Shown here: piece after piece, positions 44,302 through 53,728 of the stretch
Layout of the letters: each line of letters begins with the position of its first letter
Position numbering within the stretch: the stretch's first letter is position 1
DNA from: an uncultured Opitutia bacterium
GTDB taxonomy: Bacteria > Verrucomicrobiota > Verrucomicrobiia > Opitutales > UBA953
Direction of reading: 5' to 3'
NCBI GenBank assembly: GCA_903919185.1
Contig: CAIXHF010000087.1
Span: forward strand, 18,270 to 82,269
DNA length: 64,000 bases
Translations under genes and position numbers: made by a program
The notes under the pieces: generated by a model
What the model saw: only the letters and a program-made list of their open reading frames with translations
Told to the model about the DNA's origin: nothing
Database searches by the model: none

Positions 44302-47300
44302 TTACTTCTTTTCGACCTTGAGGTAGTCGAGTCCGAACATGTTTAGCGGCGTGGCCACGGGGTTCGGAGTCAGAATCTTGACTTCGAGCTTATGCTCGCC
44401 GGCTGTGAGTTCGTGACGGCCACCATCGAGTTCACCGGTGGTGACGACTTCCTTGGGATTGTAGAGGTCCAAACCACGATCGGTCAGGAGCTTGCCGTCG
44501 AGGCGAAGCTCGAAGCGACCATAGTCATGGGCCTTGGTACACACAAAGGTGAGCTGATAGAGGCCCTTCTCTGTAATGGGTAGCGCGAGGGTTAGCGTGT
44601 CGCCAGGTTTGCCACCGGTCCAAAAGAGGTGGTCGTTACCGCTCCAGCGGCTGGCCTTAAACGAAGTCATCGATTGGCCAGCGGTCCGACCGCCCGTGAC
44701 GCCGAGGACCTTCAGGGCTTCCCCCTCCAAGGCGCCGTCAATCTTCCAGACGCCCGTGACGCGCGGAGCCAAGGGAGCCTTGCCATCCGGCGACTGCAGG
44801 TAGGCCACGAGGTCGATGACCTGTTGCGGCTGCAAAGCATCGAAGAGGCCTTCGGGCATCAGCGACACGGCGAGGATCTCGCGCGAGGCGACTTCGGACT
44901 TAGTCACCGCAAGTTTCACGCCACCGGGCATGACGGTATTGAACACATCGGCGGTTTCGGACTGCACGATACCGCTGACGGTGTTGCCGGTCTTAAGTTT
45001 AAAGACGTTGAGCTGATAGTCCTTACCGATGAGGGCGTTCGGATCGAGGACGTTCTCAAGGAGGTAATCGAGGTTCGCACGGTTCGAACCCGTAAGGCTA
45101 GGTCCAACCAGATTGCCTTCACCAAAGAGTTGGTGGCAAAGACCACAGCTCTGCTGGAACAGCGCCTTACCCGCCGCAAGGTCGGCGCGACGCAGGGGCT
45201 TGGACTTTAAGAGGTCGACATACTTAGCCTTGTTCTTCGCGAAATCGGCTTTCGTGGCGTTCACGGCTCCGATGACACGGGCGATCAGTTCATCGACCTT
45301 GGCGTCCTTCATCGACTTGAGTTGGCGGATGGCGACGGGCGAAAGGACGGCCCTGTCGAGGGCACTCGCAGCTACGGCTTCTAACGTTTGCGTCGCAGCG
45401 ATCGGATTAGCGATGAGAGCTGGGAGCGCATCGGAGCGTTCCTCGGCGGTGAAGGCCTTGAAGCCGGCGATGAGCGCGGGGACGGTCGCGTCATTGCCTA
45501 AGGTCGCAAGGGCTTGGATGACCTGACGGCGCAACGGTCCGCTAACGGAGGCGTCCGCGAGGCAGGCATGGAGCACCGGAGCAGCCGTACGGTCACGGGA
45601 CTGAAGTAGCACGGACAGCGCCCGTTGGCGTGCCGGCGCAGGTGCTTTGGCGTCGGCCAGTTGATCGCGGAAATAAGCGCGGCTAGATTCGTCTCCTGCG
45701 AGGGCATCCAATTCGTTCACCAAGGAAAGAAGCTGCGGAGAGGCCTGCGCACGCAGGGCCTTGGCCTGAGCGGCCCATTCCGCGGGAGCTTTGAACGCCC
45801 CACCCTGTCGCACGCCCGCGACGAGGCCTTCGAGCAGGCGCTCGCGCAAAGCAGGGTCAGCCTGCTGAGCAGCCAAACCCAAGAGACGTTCACGACCAGC
45901 AGCGTCGGTAGACAGGCGACGATAGATGAACTCGGTGATCTTCGGAATCTTAGAAGCCTGGACCAAGGCCATGCCTTGAACGGCGTCTGCACCCACCAGC
46001 GGTTCGATGCCGTACCAAAGAATGAAGGGGATATTATGGTCGGACGCATCCTCGGCGTGCGCGAGCAAGGGAGCGGCCACGGCGGCACGGGCAGCTAGCG
46101 GTAAGCGACCCAAGGCGGAAGCGAGCTCACGACGGACAACCGGCGATTCCTCCTGCGCCGCTAGCTCGGCGAGGCGAGGGCCGATATTGCGGGTACGCTC
46201 AGACATCAGGCGCACGAACCAAGCACGAAGATACTCATCCTTAGCGGTCAGACCAACGTCTAAGAGGTCAATCTTTGCGCGCACGCGGTCGCCTTCGAAG
46301 GCCGGGAAGACACCGGCAGAAGCCAGCACCCAGAGCGCACGGAGGCGACGCAGCGGTTCGGCCTTAAGCGAGCGGACGGTCGTCTCGGCGGTCAGCAAGG
46401 CACTGGCCGTGCCGAAGTCAGGTTCCAGGCCATGACGCAGCTCGATCGCGCGCTCGGCGAGGACCTTGCGAGCCTGACGGACAAAGAACTCATTAGGGTC
46501 GTCCAACGCGATGGTGAGTAGCTCCTGGCTCTTCAGTGCCGTGAGATCGCGGGCGCGGGACTTTGCCGGGCCGTAACTGACGCGGTAGATACGGCCATTG
46601 GAGCGGTCCCAGATTTCCTGGTTGTTATTGTGACAAGTCTGCGGGTCAGTCCAATCAGACACGTAGAGCGCACCATCTGGACCAACGCGTTGCGTGACCG
46701 GAATAAACCAGGCGTCGTTACTGCGCATGAAGTCGCCGGCATGGTGGCCGACGAAACCGCTGCCCTTGGCCTCGACCACGTCACCGAGGACGCGGTGCCC
46801 GTGCAGGTTACCGAAGAGCAGTAGCCCTTGGTATTCAGCGGGGAAGTTATCGCCGTTATAAATGGCCAAGCCGCAATGCGCATGGCCGCCACCAGCTTCA
46901 TCCGTGCTCTGCGGTTGGACCACACCGCGCTCGGCCGGACGGTGCAGTACCGAGCCCGTGAAGTGGGCGTGGTCGGCGATGGTCTTGATGTCGTCGTAGG
47001 TATTCGGCTCGTAGTGCTGGCCAGCCTGACGCTGGTAGCGGCCACCGGGGAAGACGTGGTAGAGGTGCGGGATGACACAGGCGGTGATGAACATCTCACC
47101 GTGCTTGTCGTAATCGAGACCCCAAGGATTGCTCGACCCTTCGGCAAAGACCTCAAACTCCTTGGTCAACGGATGCAAGCGCCACACACCGGCGTTGATG
47201 CGCTTACGCTCGGAGTCCGGCGCACCAGGCTTCCCGACATTCGAAAAAGTGAACACGCCATGGCAGCCATAGAGCCAACCATCGGGACCCCATGTGAAGC

Positions 47301-47814
47301 TATTCAACGTCTCGTGCGTATCCTGCATCGCCCAACCATCCAACACGACGCGCGGCTTGCCGGGCTTATCCTGGGCGTCCTTCGGAATGAAGATCAGTTC
47401 GGGGGCGGCACCAATCCAGACACCGCCGTGGCCGACCTCAATACCGCTGACTAGATCAAGCCCCTCATAGAAAACCGTCGACTTGCCATAGGAACCGTCG
47501 CCCAGCGGGTCTTCCAAAATCAGGATGCGGTCCTTGCCCTTACCCTCGCCGCGCTTGCGGGGGTAGGACATCCCTTCGACGACCCAGAGACGGCCCTTCT
47601 CGTCGAAGCACATCGCGATCGGTTGGACCACCCGGGGTTCGGCGGCGACGAGCGTCACCTGGAAACCCTTGGGCAAGGCCATGGCCTTGAGCGCCTCGGC
47701 CGGGGTCGACCCCTGGCGGTAGTCCTTGAAAGGCACGCGAACCTCAGGTCCAGCCGGGGTAGCGGCAAAGGCAGAAATGGCGGCGAAAGCCGCGCCGAAG
47801 AAAACGGAGCGCAT
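44302..47814 (-). CDS. PVC-type heme-binding CxxCH protein (dehydrogenase-like propeller + HEAT + cytochrome c + C-terminal beta domain)
   Basis: ORF trimmed to the ATG at 47814 (MRSVFFGAAFAAISAFA). Propeller block: FDEKGRLWVVEGMSYP. A long HEAT region follows. Heme motif: CGLCHQLFGEG. Confidence 0.8.
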   Translation of the reverse strand: MRSVFFGAAFAAISAFAATPAGPEVRVPFKDYRQGSTPAEALKAMALPKGFQVTLVAAEPRVVQPIAMCFDEKGRLWVVEGMSYPRKRGEGKGKDRILILEDPLGDGSYGKSTVFYEGLDLVSGIEVGHGGVWIGAAPELIFIPKDAQDKPGKPRVVLDGWAMQDTHETLNSFTWGPDGWLYGCHGVFTFSNVGKPGAPDSERKRINAGVWRLHPLTKEFEVFAEGSSNPWGLDYDKHGEMFITACVIPHLYHVFPGGRYQRQAGQHYEPNTYDDIKTIADHAHFTGSVLHRPAERGVVQPQSTDEAGGGHAHCGLAIYNGDNFPAEYQGLLLFGNLHGHRVLGDVVEAKGSGFVGHHAGDFMRSNDAWFIPVTQRVGPDGALYVSDWTDPQTCHNNNQEIWDRSNGRIYRVSYGPAKSRARDLTALKSQELLTIALDDPNEFFVRQARKVLAERAIELRHGLEPDFGTASALLTAETTVRSLKAEPLRRLRALWVLASAGVFPAFEGDRVRAKIDLLDVGLTAKDEYLRAWFVRLMSERTRNIGPRLAELAAQEESPVVRRELASALGRLPLAARAAVAAPLLAHAEDASDHNIPFILWYGIEPLVGADAVQGMALVQASKIPKITEFIYRRLSTDAAGRERLLGLAAQQADPALRERLLEGLVAGVRQGGAFKAPAEWAAQAKALRAQASPQLLSLVNELDALAGDESSRAYFRDQLADAKAPAPARQRALSVLLQSRDRTAAPVLHACLADASVSGPLRRQVIQALATLGNDATVPALIAGFKAFTAEERSDALPALIANPIAATQTLEAVAASALDRAVLSPVAIRQLKSMKDAKVDELIARVIGAVNATKADFAKNKAKYVDLLKSKPLRRADLAAGKALFQQSCGLCHQLFGEGNLVGPSLTGSNRANLDYLLENVLDPNALIGKDYQLNVFKLKTGNTVSGIVQSETADVFNTVMPGGVKLAVTKSEVASREILAVSLMPEGLFDALQPQQVIDLVAYLQSPDGKAPLAPRVTGVWKIDGALEGEALKVLGVTGGRTAGQSMTSFKASRWSGNDHLFWTGGKPGDTLTLALPITEKGLYQLTFVCTKAHDYGRFELRLDGKLLTDRGLDLYNPKEVVTTGELDGGRHELTAGEHKLEVKILTPNPVATPLNMFGLDYLKVEKK

Positions 47815-47934
47815 TGGGTTACGGGGGTCTGTCACCAGACAACCCCCTCGGTTCCTATATTTCAATTAAAACTAGCGGCTTCCTCATGGCATTCGGCTTG
47901 GCATAGCCTATTCTAAGCCTATCTAGAAAAGCCC

Positions 47935-48984
<1,050 letters not shown>

Positions 48985-48985
48985 G

Positions 48986-49078
48986 AGGGGAAGACAAAGG
49001 GGATTGGGGATTGGGTTGTGCTGCGGCCTACAGGTGACTATCCCTCCGACTACCCCCTATCCCCTTGCCCCCTTACCC
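48986..49078. repeat. G-run array / C-run array inverted pair (GGGGATT-type units)
   Basis: G-runs lie at 48987-90, 48999-49002, 49006-09 and 49013-15 (..GGGGATTGGGGATTGGG). C-runs lie at 49053-57, 49061-64, 49068-72 and 49076-78 (CCCCCTATCCCCTTGCCCCCTTACCC). The C-run array ends 1 nt before the sulfatase ATG. Confidence 0.7.
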
Positions 49079-49079
49079 A

Positions 49080-50459
49080 ATGGCCGCTCGCTTCCTAATC
49101 CTGCTTTGTGCTGCGGTCGTTTCCGCCGCAGAGCCGCGCAAGCCGAACCTGATCTTCATCCTGAGCGACGACCTCGCGCAAGGAGACGTGGGCTGCTACG
49201 GGCAAAAACTCATTCAGACACCGAACCTCGACCGCATGGCCGCCGAGGGGACGAAGTTCACGCAAGGCTACTGCGGGACGTCGGTCTGCGCCCCAAGCCG
49301 CACGTCGTTGATGCTCGGCCAACACACCGGCCACAGCCCCATCCGCGCCAACCGCGAACTGAAGGCCGAGGGCCAGCTGCCAATCCCCGCAGAATCCATT
49401 ACGGTCGCAAAGGCCCTCAAGGGAAACGGCTACGCAACGGCCTGCATGGGTAAGTGGGGCATGGGGATGTTTGATACCACCGGCAGCCCCTTGAAGAACG
49501 GCTTCGACCACTTCCTTGGCTATAACTGCCAACGCCACGCGCACAGCTACTTCCCAACCTACCTCTACCGCGACGACCAACGTTTCGAACTGCCAGGCAA
49601 CGACGGTAAAGGCGTCGGCAAGACGTACGCACAGGATCTCATCCAGCAGGACGTCGAGTCCTGGATCCGTGCACAGAAGGACAAGCCGTTCTTCCTCTTT
49701 TACGCAATCACCCTGCCCCACGCCCGCCAGGAAATCGACGACCTAGGCATCTACAAAGACAAGCCCTGGACACCCACGCAGAAGGCCTACGCTGCACAGG
49801 TCACGCGACTCGACTCGGACGTGGGCCGCGTGCTAAAGCTGCTCAAGGAACTCGGGCTTGACGAGAACACCTTGGTGATGACCGCAGGCGACAATGGCTC
49901 ATCGTTCGCGCCGACGTCTGAGCTCGGTAAACTTTTCGACCAAGCATCCAATGGGCTCCGCGGCTACAAGCGCGGACTCTACGAAGGCGCCCTCCGACAA
50001 GCCGCCCTCGCCCGCTGGCCCGGCAAGGTCCCCGCGGGTCGCGTGAGCGACGAGCCATGGGCTTTCTGGGATTACCTACCAACGGCCTTGGAACTCTCTG
50101 GTACGAAGGCCCCGGACGGGCTGAAGACCGACGGCATCTCACTCGCTTCTTTCTTGCAAGGCGGCCCTGCCCCGAAGCGCGAATACTTCTACTGGGAACT
50201 CCACGAGGCACAGTCGCTCCAAGCCGCCCGCTGGGGCGATTGGAAAGCAGTGCGCAACGGCCCTGCCGCCAAGATGGAAATCTACGACCTTAAAGCCGAT
50301 GCGAACGAAAAGAACGACCTCGCGGACAAGCGCCCGGACCTCGTTGCGAAAGCCCTCGCGGTCTTTAAGGATGCGCACGTCGACCACCCCGAATGGCCAA
50401 TGCGGACCCTTAAACAGACGCAGGACGCGAACAAAGCACGCAAGACGGAGTCCAAGTAA
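49080..50459 (+). CDS. Arylsulfatase (formylglycine-dependent)
   Basis: ATG at 49080 (the track start at 49065 is TTG). It has a signal peptide. Motifs: [20 protein letters not shown] and the FGly motif [11 protein letters not shown]. Confidence 0.88.
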   Translation: MAARFLILLCAAVVSAAEPRKPNLIFILSDDLAQGDVGCYGQKLIQTPNLDRMAAEGTKFTQGYCGTSVCAPSRTSLMLGQHTGHSPIRANRELKAEGQLPIPAESITVAKALKGNGYATACMGKWGMGMFDTTGSPLKNGFDHFLGYNCQRHAHSYFPTYLYRDDQRFELPGNDGKGVGKTYAQDLIQQDVESWIRAQKDKPFFLFYAITLPHARQEIDDLGIYKDKPWTPTQKAYAAQVTRLDSDVGRVLKLLKELGLDENTLVMTAGDNGSSFAPTSELGKLFDQASNGLRGYKRGLYEGALRQAALARWPGKVPAGRVSDEPWAFWDYLPTALELSGTKAPDGLKTDGISLASFLQGGPAPKREYFYWELHEAQSLQAARWGDWKAVRNGPAAKMEIYDLKADANEKNDLADKRPDLVAKALAVFKDAHVDHPEWPMRTLKQTQDANKARKTESK

Positions 50460-50463
50460 ACTT

Positions 50464-51414
50464 ATGAAATTCCGCCAGCTCGGTTGTTCTGACCTCCACC
50501 TGACTCCAGTCGGCCTCGGCACCTGGGCCATGGGCGGCGGCGATTGGAAATTCGGTTGGGGCCCACAGGATGACGCACTCTCCATTCGAACCATCCACGA
50601 AGCACTGGACCTCGGCATTAACTGGCTCGATACGGCCCCTGTCTACGGCCTCGGGCACTGCGAAGACGTCGTGGGGCGTGCGCTCAAGGAACTCAAGGGT
50701 CGCCGTCCGATCATTTCAACGAAATGCGAACGTTGCTGGGAAGCCGACGGCACCATCGTGCCGCGCCTCCAGCGTGCGAGCATCCACCGCGAGATCGAAG
50801 ACAGCCTTCGCCGTCTCGGCGTAGACGTTATCGACATGTACCAGATTCACTGGCCCCAGCCGGACGAGGATATCGAAGAAGGCTGGTCGGCCATCGCGGA
50901 ACTCGTGCAGGCCGGCAAGGTCCGCTGGGCGGGCGTGAGCAACTTCAGCGTCGCACAGCTCAAGCGCCTCCAACCCATTCATCCGGTGGCCTTCCTGCAG
51001 CCGCCCTACAGCATGATCAACCGCGGCATCGAAGCGGAGATCATCCCATACTGCGAGGCGAACGACATCGGCCTCATTCCCTACAGCCCGATGCAGAAGG
51101 GCCTGCTCAGTGGCAAGGTCACCCGCACTTGGGTCGATGCCCTGCCCGCCACCGACCACCGTCGTGGCGACCCTCAGTTCAACGAGCCTCTACTGTCCAA
51201 GAACATCGCGTTGAACGACGTCCTCCGTCAGGTCGCGGTGCGCCTTGGCACGTCGCCCGCCGAACTCGCCATCGCTTGGGTGCTACGTCAACCGCGCGTC
51301 ACCGCCGCCATCGTCGGCGCCCGCAAGCCTGGCCAGATTACCGAGACTATTGGCGGCGGCCGCCTCGAGATCCCGGCGGAAGTGTTGGGCGAGATCGCGA
51401 AGGTGTTGGGTTAA
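50464..51414 (+). CDS. Aldo/keto reductase
   Basis: ORF trimmed to the ATG at 50464 (MKFRQLG...). AKR blocks: LGTWAMGG, DTAPVYGLGHCEDVVGRAL, ISTKC, IDMYQIHWP. Confidence 0.88.
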   Translation: MKFRQLGCSDLHLTPVGLGTWAMGGGDWKFGWGPQDDALSIRTIHEALDLGINWLDTAPVYGLGHCEDVVGRALKELKGRRPIISTKCERCWEADGTIVPRLQRASIHREIEDSLRRLGVDVIDMYQIHWPQPDEDIEEGWSAIAELVQAGKVRWAGVSNFSVAQLKRLQPIHPVAFLQPPYSMINRGIEAEIIPYCEANDIGLIPYSPMQKGLLSGKVTRTWVDALPATDHRRGDPQFNEPLLSKNIALNDVLRQVAVRLGTSPAELAIAWVLRQPRVTAAIVGARKPGQITETIGGGRLEIPAEVLGEIAKVLG

Positions 51415-51420
51415 AATCCA

Positions 51421-51590
51421 GAGTACGGAGTACAGATTACAGAGTACAGAGTACGGAGGTCGAAGGGCGGACGCAGGGCCTAGATTGGCTCGGCCCCAAT
51501 TCCGTGGGTTATCCGGGGCGTATCACGTTCCGCCCAATAACTCTTACCCCTTACTCTGTTCTCTGTAATCTGTACTCTGCACTCTGTAAT
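51421..51590. repeat. Inverted tandem-heptamer arrays (GAGTACR)n ... (YGTACTC)n forming a long imperfect hairpin
   Basis: Left array: GAGTACG GAGTACA GATTACA GAGTACA GAGTACG GAGG (51421-51459). Right array: TTACTCT GTTCTCT GTAATCT GTACTCT GCACTCT GTAAT (51551-51590). Hand pairing of 51421-51458 with 51584-51547 gives 33 Watson-Crick pairs, 1 G-U and 4 mismatches. The loop is about 88 nt and contains an inner GGGCGG/CCGCCC stem. Confidence 0.85.
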
Positions 51591-51647
51591 GTGCCCGCAG
51601 CGCGGGCTTAATCTCCCCTTAACCCTACTTACCCTATAATCACCCAC

Positions 51648-53519
51648 ATGAGTCCTACCGTCCGCCTCTTGGCCCTGCTCACTGCTGCCTACGCCGCACC
51701 CTCGCTCCAGGCGCACATCCCACCGATCGACGCGAAGTATCGTGAAACTACGACTGCGACCCTCGTAGCACCGTCCGCCAAGTTCTACCTAAACTTCACG
51801 ACTCTCGCCGCTGGCACGACTAACGGCACGCCACCGGCCTTGGCCGCACCGTTCCAAGCCTTCGCCCCGAAGGTCGGTGTGCGCTGGGACGAGAAGTATC
51901 TCTACGTCGAAGCCAAGGGCCTACCCGATCACCCGCTCATGGCCGGCATCAAGTCCTGGCAGCAGCAAGTTCCCATCCCGCAAACTTACGCGGGTGACAA
52001 AGCCTGGCAGATTCCGCTCCACCCCGTACCCGCCAAAGAACCGATGTCCGCGAAGACGCACTTCATGCGCGGCGCCATCGCGCTCGCCGCGAACGGTATC
52101 CCCATCTTTAACGCGCTGAACAACCGTGGCGATGACGCTAAGAAGTTCGGTGAGCTCGACGACTTCGGTGGCCACTGCGGCAAGGGCGATGACTACCATT
52201 ACCATGATGCGCCCATCTTCCTCGAGAAGACCCTCGGCAAGGGCAAGGCCATCGCCGTAGCCCTCGATGGTTACGCCATCTATGGTTACAACGAGCCCGA
52301 CGGCTCGGCGCCCGGTAAGCTCGACGAGTTTGGCGGCCACGAGACCAAGGCCCTTGGCTACCACTACCACGCGCAGAAGATTTACCCGTACATCAATGGC
52401 GGTTTCCATGGCGAAGTCACCGAAGTCGGCGGCCAGGTCGACCCACAACCCTCCGCCAGCCACGTGCGCAAAGAAGGCTCGGCTTACTCACAGTCGCCCC
52501 TCCGCGGGGCGGTGATCAAGGACTTCACCACCTCGCCTGACGGCAAGACCTTCGAACTGCGCTACACGCTCAACGGCAAGGCCCTCAGCGTAAAGTACAT
52601 CGTCAACGAAGACGGTACGTGGACTTTCACCTACAGCCGTCCGGACGGCACCCCGGTCGTCGAGACCTATAAGCCCAATGAACGCGGCCCAGGCGGCGGC
52701 GGCGCCAAGGGTGAAAGTAAGGGCGGTAAAGGTGGCAAGGGTGGTAAGCGTCCTCCGAATGAACCTGAGGGCGCCAAGGGTGAGGCCGGCGACCTCGGCG
52801 AGCAGGCTCAACCTGGAAATCCCGAAGGTGACCGACCAAAGGGTGACCGCCCCAAAGGCGGCAAGGGTGGTAAAGGCGGCAAAGGCGATCCTTCCGGCCT
52901 CATTAAGCCCTCCCCCGCCGACGCCTTGAAGTTAAACGTCTATGCCGACAACTGGTTCATCCTCTTCATCAACGGCAAGCTCCGCGTCGTCGACCCCATC
53001 GAGTACATGCCGCACAATGTCGTCTCGGTCGATATCATGCCCGAGTACCCGATGACTATCGCCGTCATGGCCATGGACAACGCCGACCCCAAGACTGGAC
53101 TCGAATACGGCAACCACATTGGTGACGCCGGCTTAATCATTAAGTTCTCCGACGGCACCGTCACGAATGCGAAGTGGAAGGCCAAGAACTTTTTCAAAGG
53201 CCCGCTCAACCGCGACGTCACCAACCCCAAGGTTCAGCACGACCCCATTCCCGCCAACTGGTACGCCGTCGACTTCGACGATTCCAGCTGGGCCCAGGCC
53301 ACCGAGTTCACCGAGGAACGCGTGAGCCCCAAGGAATCCTTCACCAAGGCCAAGGAAAGCTTTGCGGGCGCCAAGTTCATCTGGTCCGAAGACCTCGACC
53401 TAGACAACACCGTCCTCTTCCGCACCAAGGTCGAAGCCCCCGCGGGCTATAAGCAGCGCTGGACCGCCAAGCCCGAAATCGACATGGCCGAGGTGACCAA
53501 GCAGTTATTGAATAAGTAA
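51648..53519 (+). CDS. YHYH-domain secreted protein with Gly/Lys-rich linker and C-terminal beta-sandwich domain
   Basis: 623-aa ORF with a signal peptide. YHYH motifs: GGHCGKGDDYHYHDAP and GGHETKALGYHYHAQ. A low-complexity G/K/P/E region spans 52686-52898. Confidence 0.8.
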   Translation: MSPTVRLLALLTAAYAAPSLQAHIPPIDAKYRETTTATLVAPSAKFYLNFTTLAAGTTNGTPPALAAPFQAFAPKVGVRWDEKYLYVEAKGLPDHPLMAGIKSWQQQVPIPQTYAGDKAWQIPLHPVPAKEPMSAKTHFMRGAIALAANGIPIFNALNNRGDDAKKFGELDDFGGHCGKGDDYHYHDAPIFLEKTLGKGKAIAVALDGYAIYGYNEPDGSAPGKLDEFGGHETKALGYHYHAQKIYPYINGGFHGEVTEVGGQVDPQPSASHVRKEGSAYSQSPLRGAVIKDFTTSPDGKTFELRYTLNGKALSVKYIVNEDGTWTFTYSRPDGTPVVETYKPNERGPGGGGAKGESKGGKGGKGGKRPPNEPEGAKGEAGDLGEQAQPGNPEGDRPKGDRPKGGKGGKGGKGDPSGLIKPSPADALKLNVYADNWFILFINGKLRVVDPIEYMPHNVVSVDIMPEYPMTIAVMAMDNADPKTGLEYGNHIGDAGLIIKFSDGTVTNAKWKAKNFFKGPLNRDVTNPKVQHDPIPANWYAVDFDDSSWAQATEFTEERVSPKESFTKAKESFAGAKFIWSEDLDLDNTVLFRTKVEAPAGYKQRWTAKPEIDMAEVTKQLLNK

Positions 53520-53728
53520 TCGAGGCTTCGGCGACCTCCCTAGGCTGGAGAAAGTCAGGGTAAGTTCCTTTATGGGGGAAAATGGCAGTCAAATCGTTCG
53601 CCTTGGGGGGAACATTGCCCTTGGCAGGGGGTCGAAAAAACCACACCTTGGCCCATCCCCGTCCTTTCCACCGCCCATCTGGGTCGGTGGTCTCTGGCTT
53701 CCGCTTCCCCTTCATCCAAAACACCCAC

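Noticed and set aside
50299-50463. Upstream extension of the aldo/keto reductase ORF
   Set aside because: It overlaps the sulfatase 3' end and is Arg/Thr/Ser-rich. The ATG at 50464 gives the canonical AKR N-terminus MKFRQLG.
53582-53728. Upstream extension of the third PVC heme-binding ORF
   Set aside because: The signal peptide begins at the ATG at 53729. The upstream 49 codons lie in a G-run/C-run-containing spacer and look non-coding.
53520-53728. Possible small RNA or riboswitch in the 209-nt spacer before the third PVC heme-binding gene
   Set aside because: It holds only scattered G5-6 runs and weak 3-6 bp stems. By eye I could not build a convincing conserved-looking fold.
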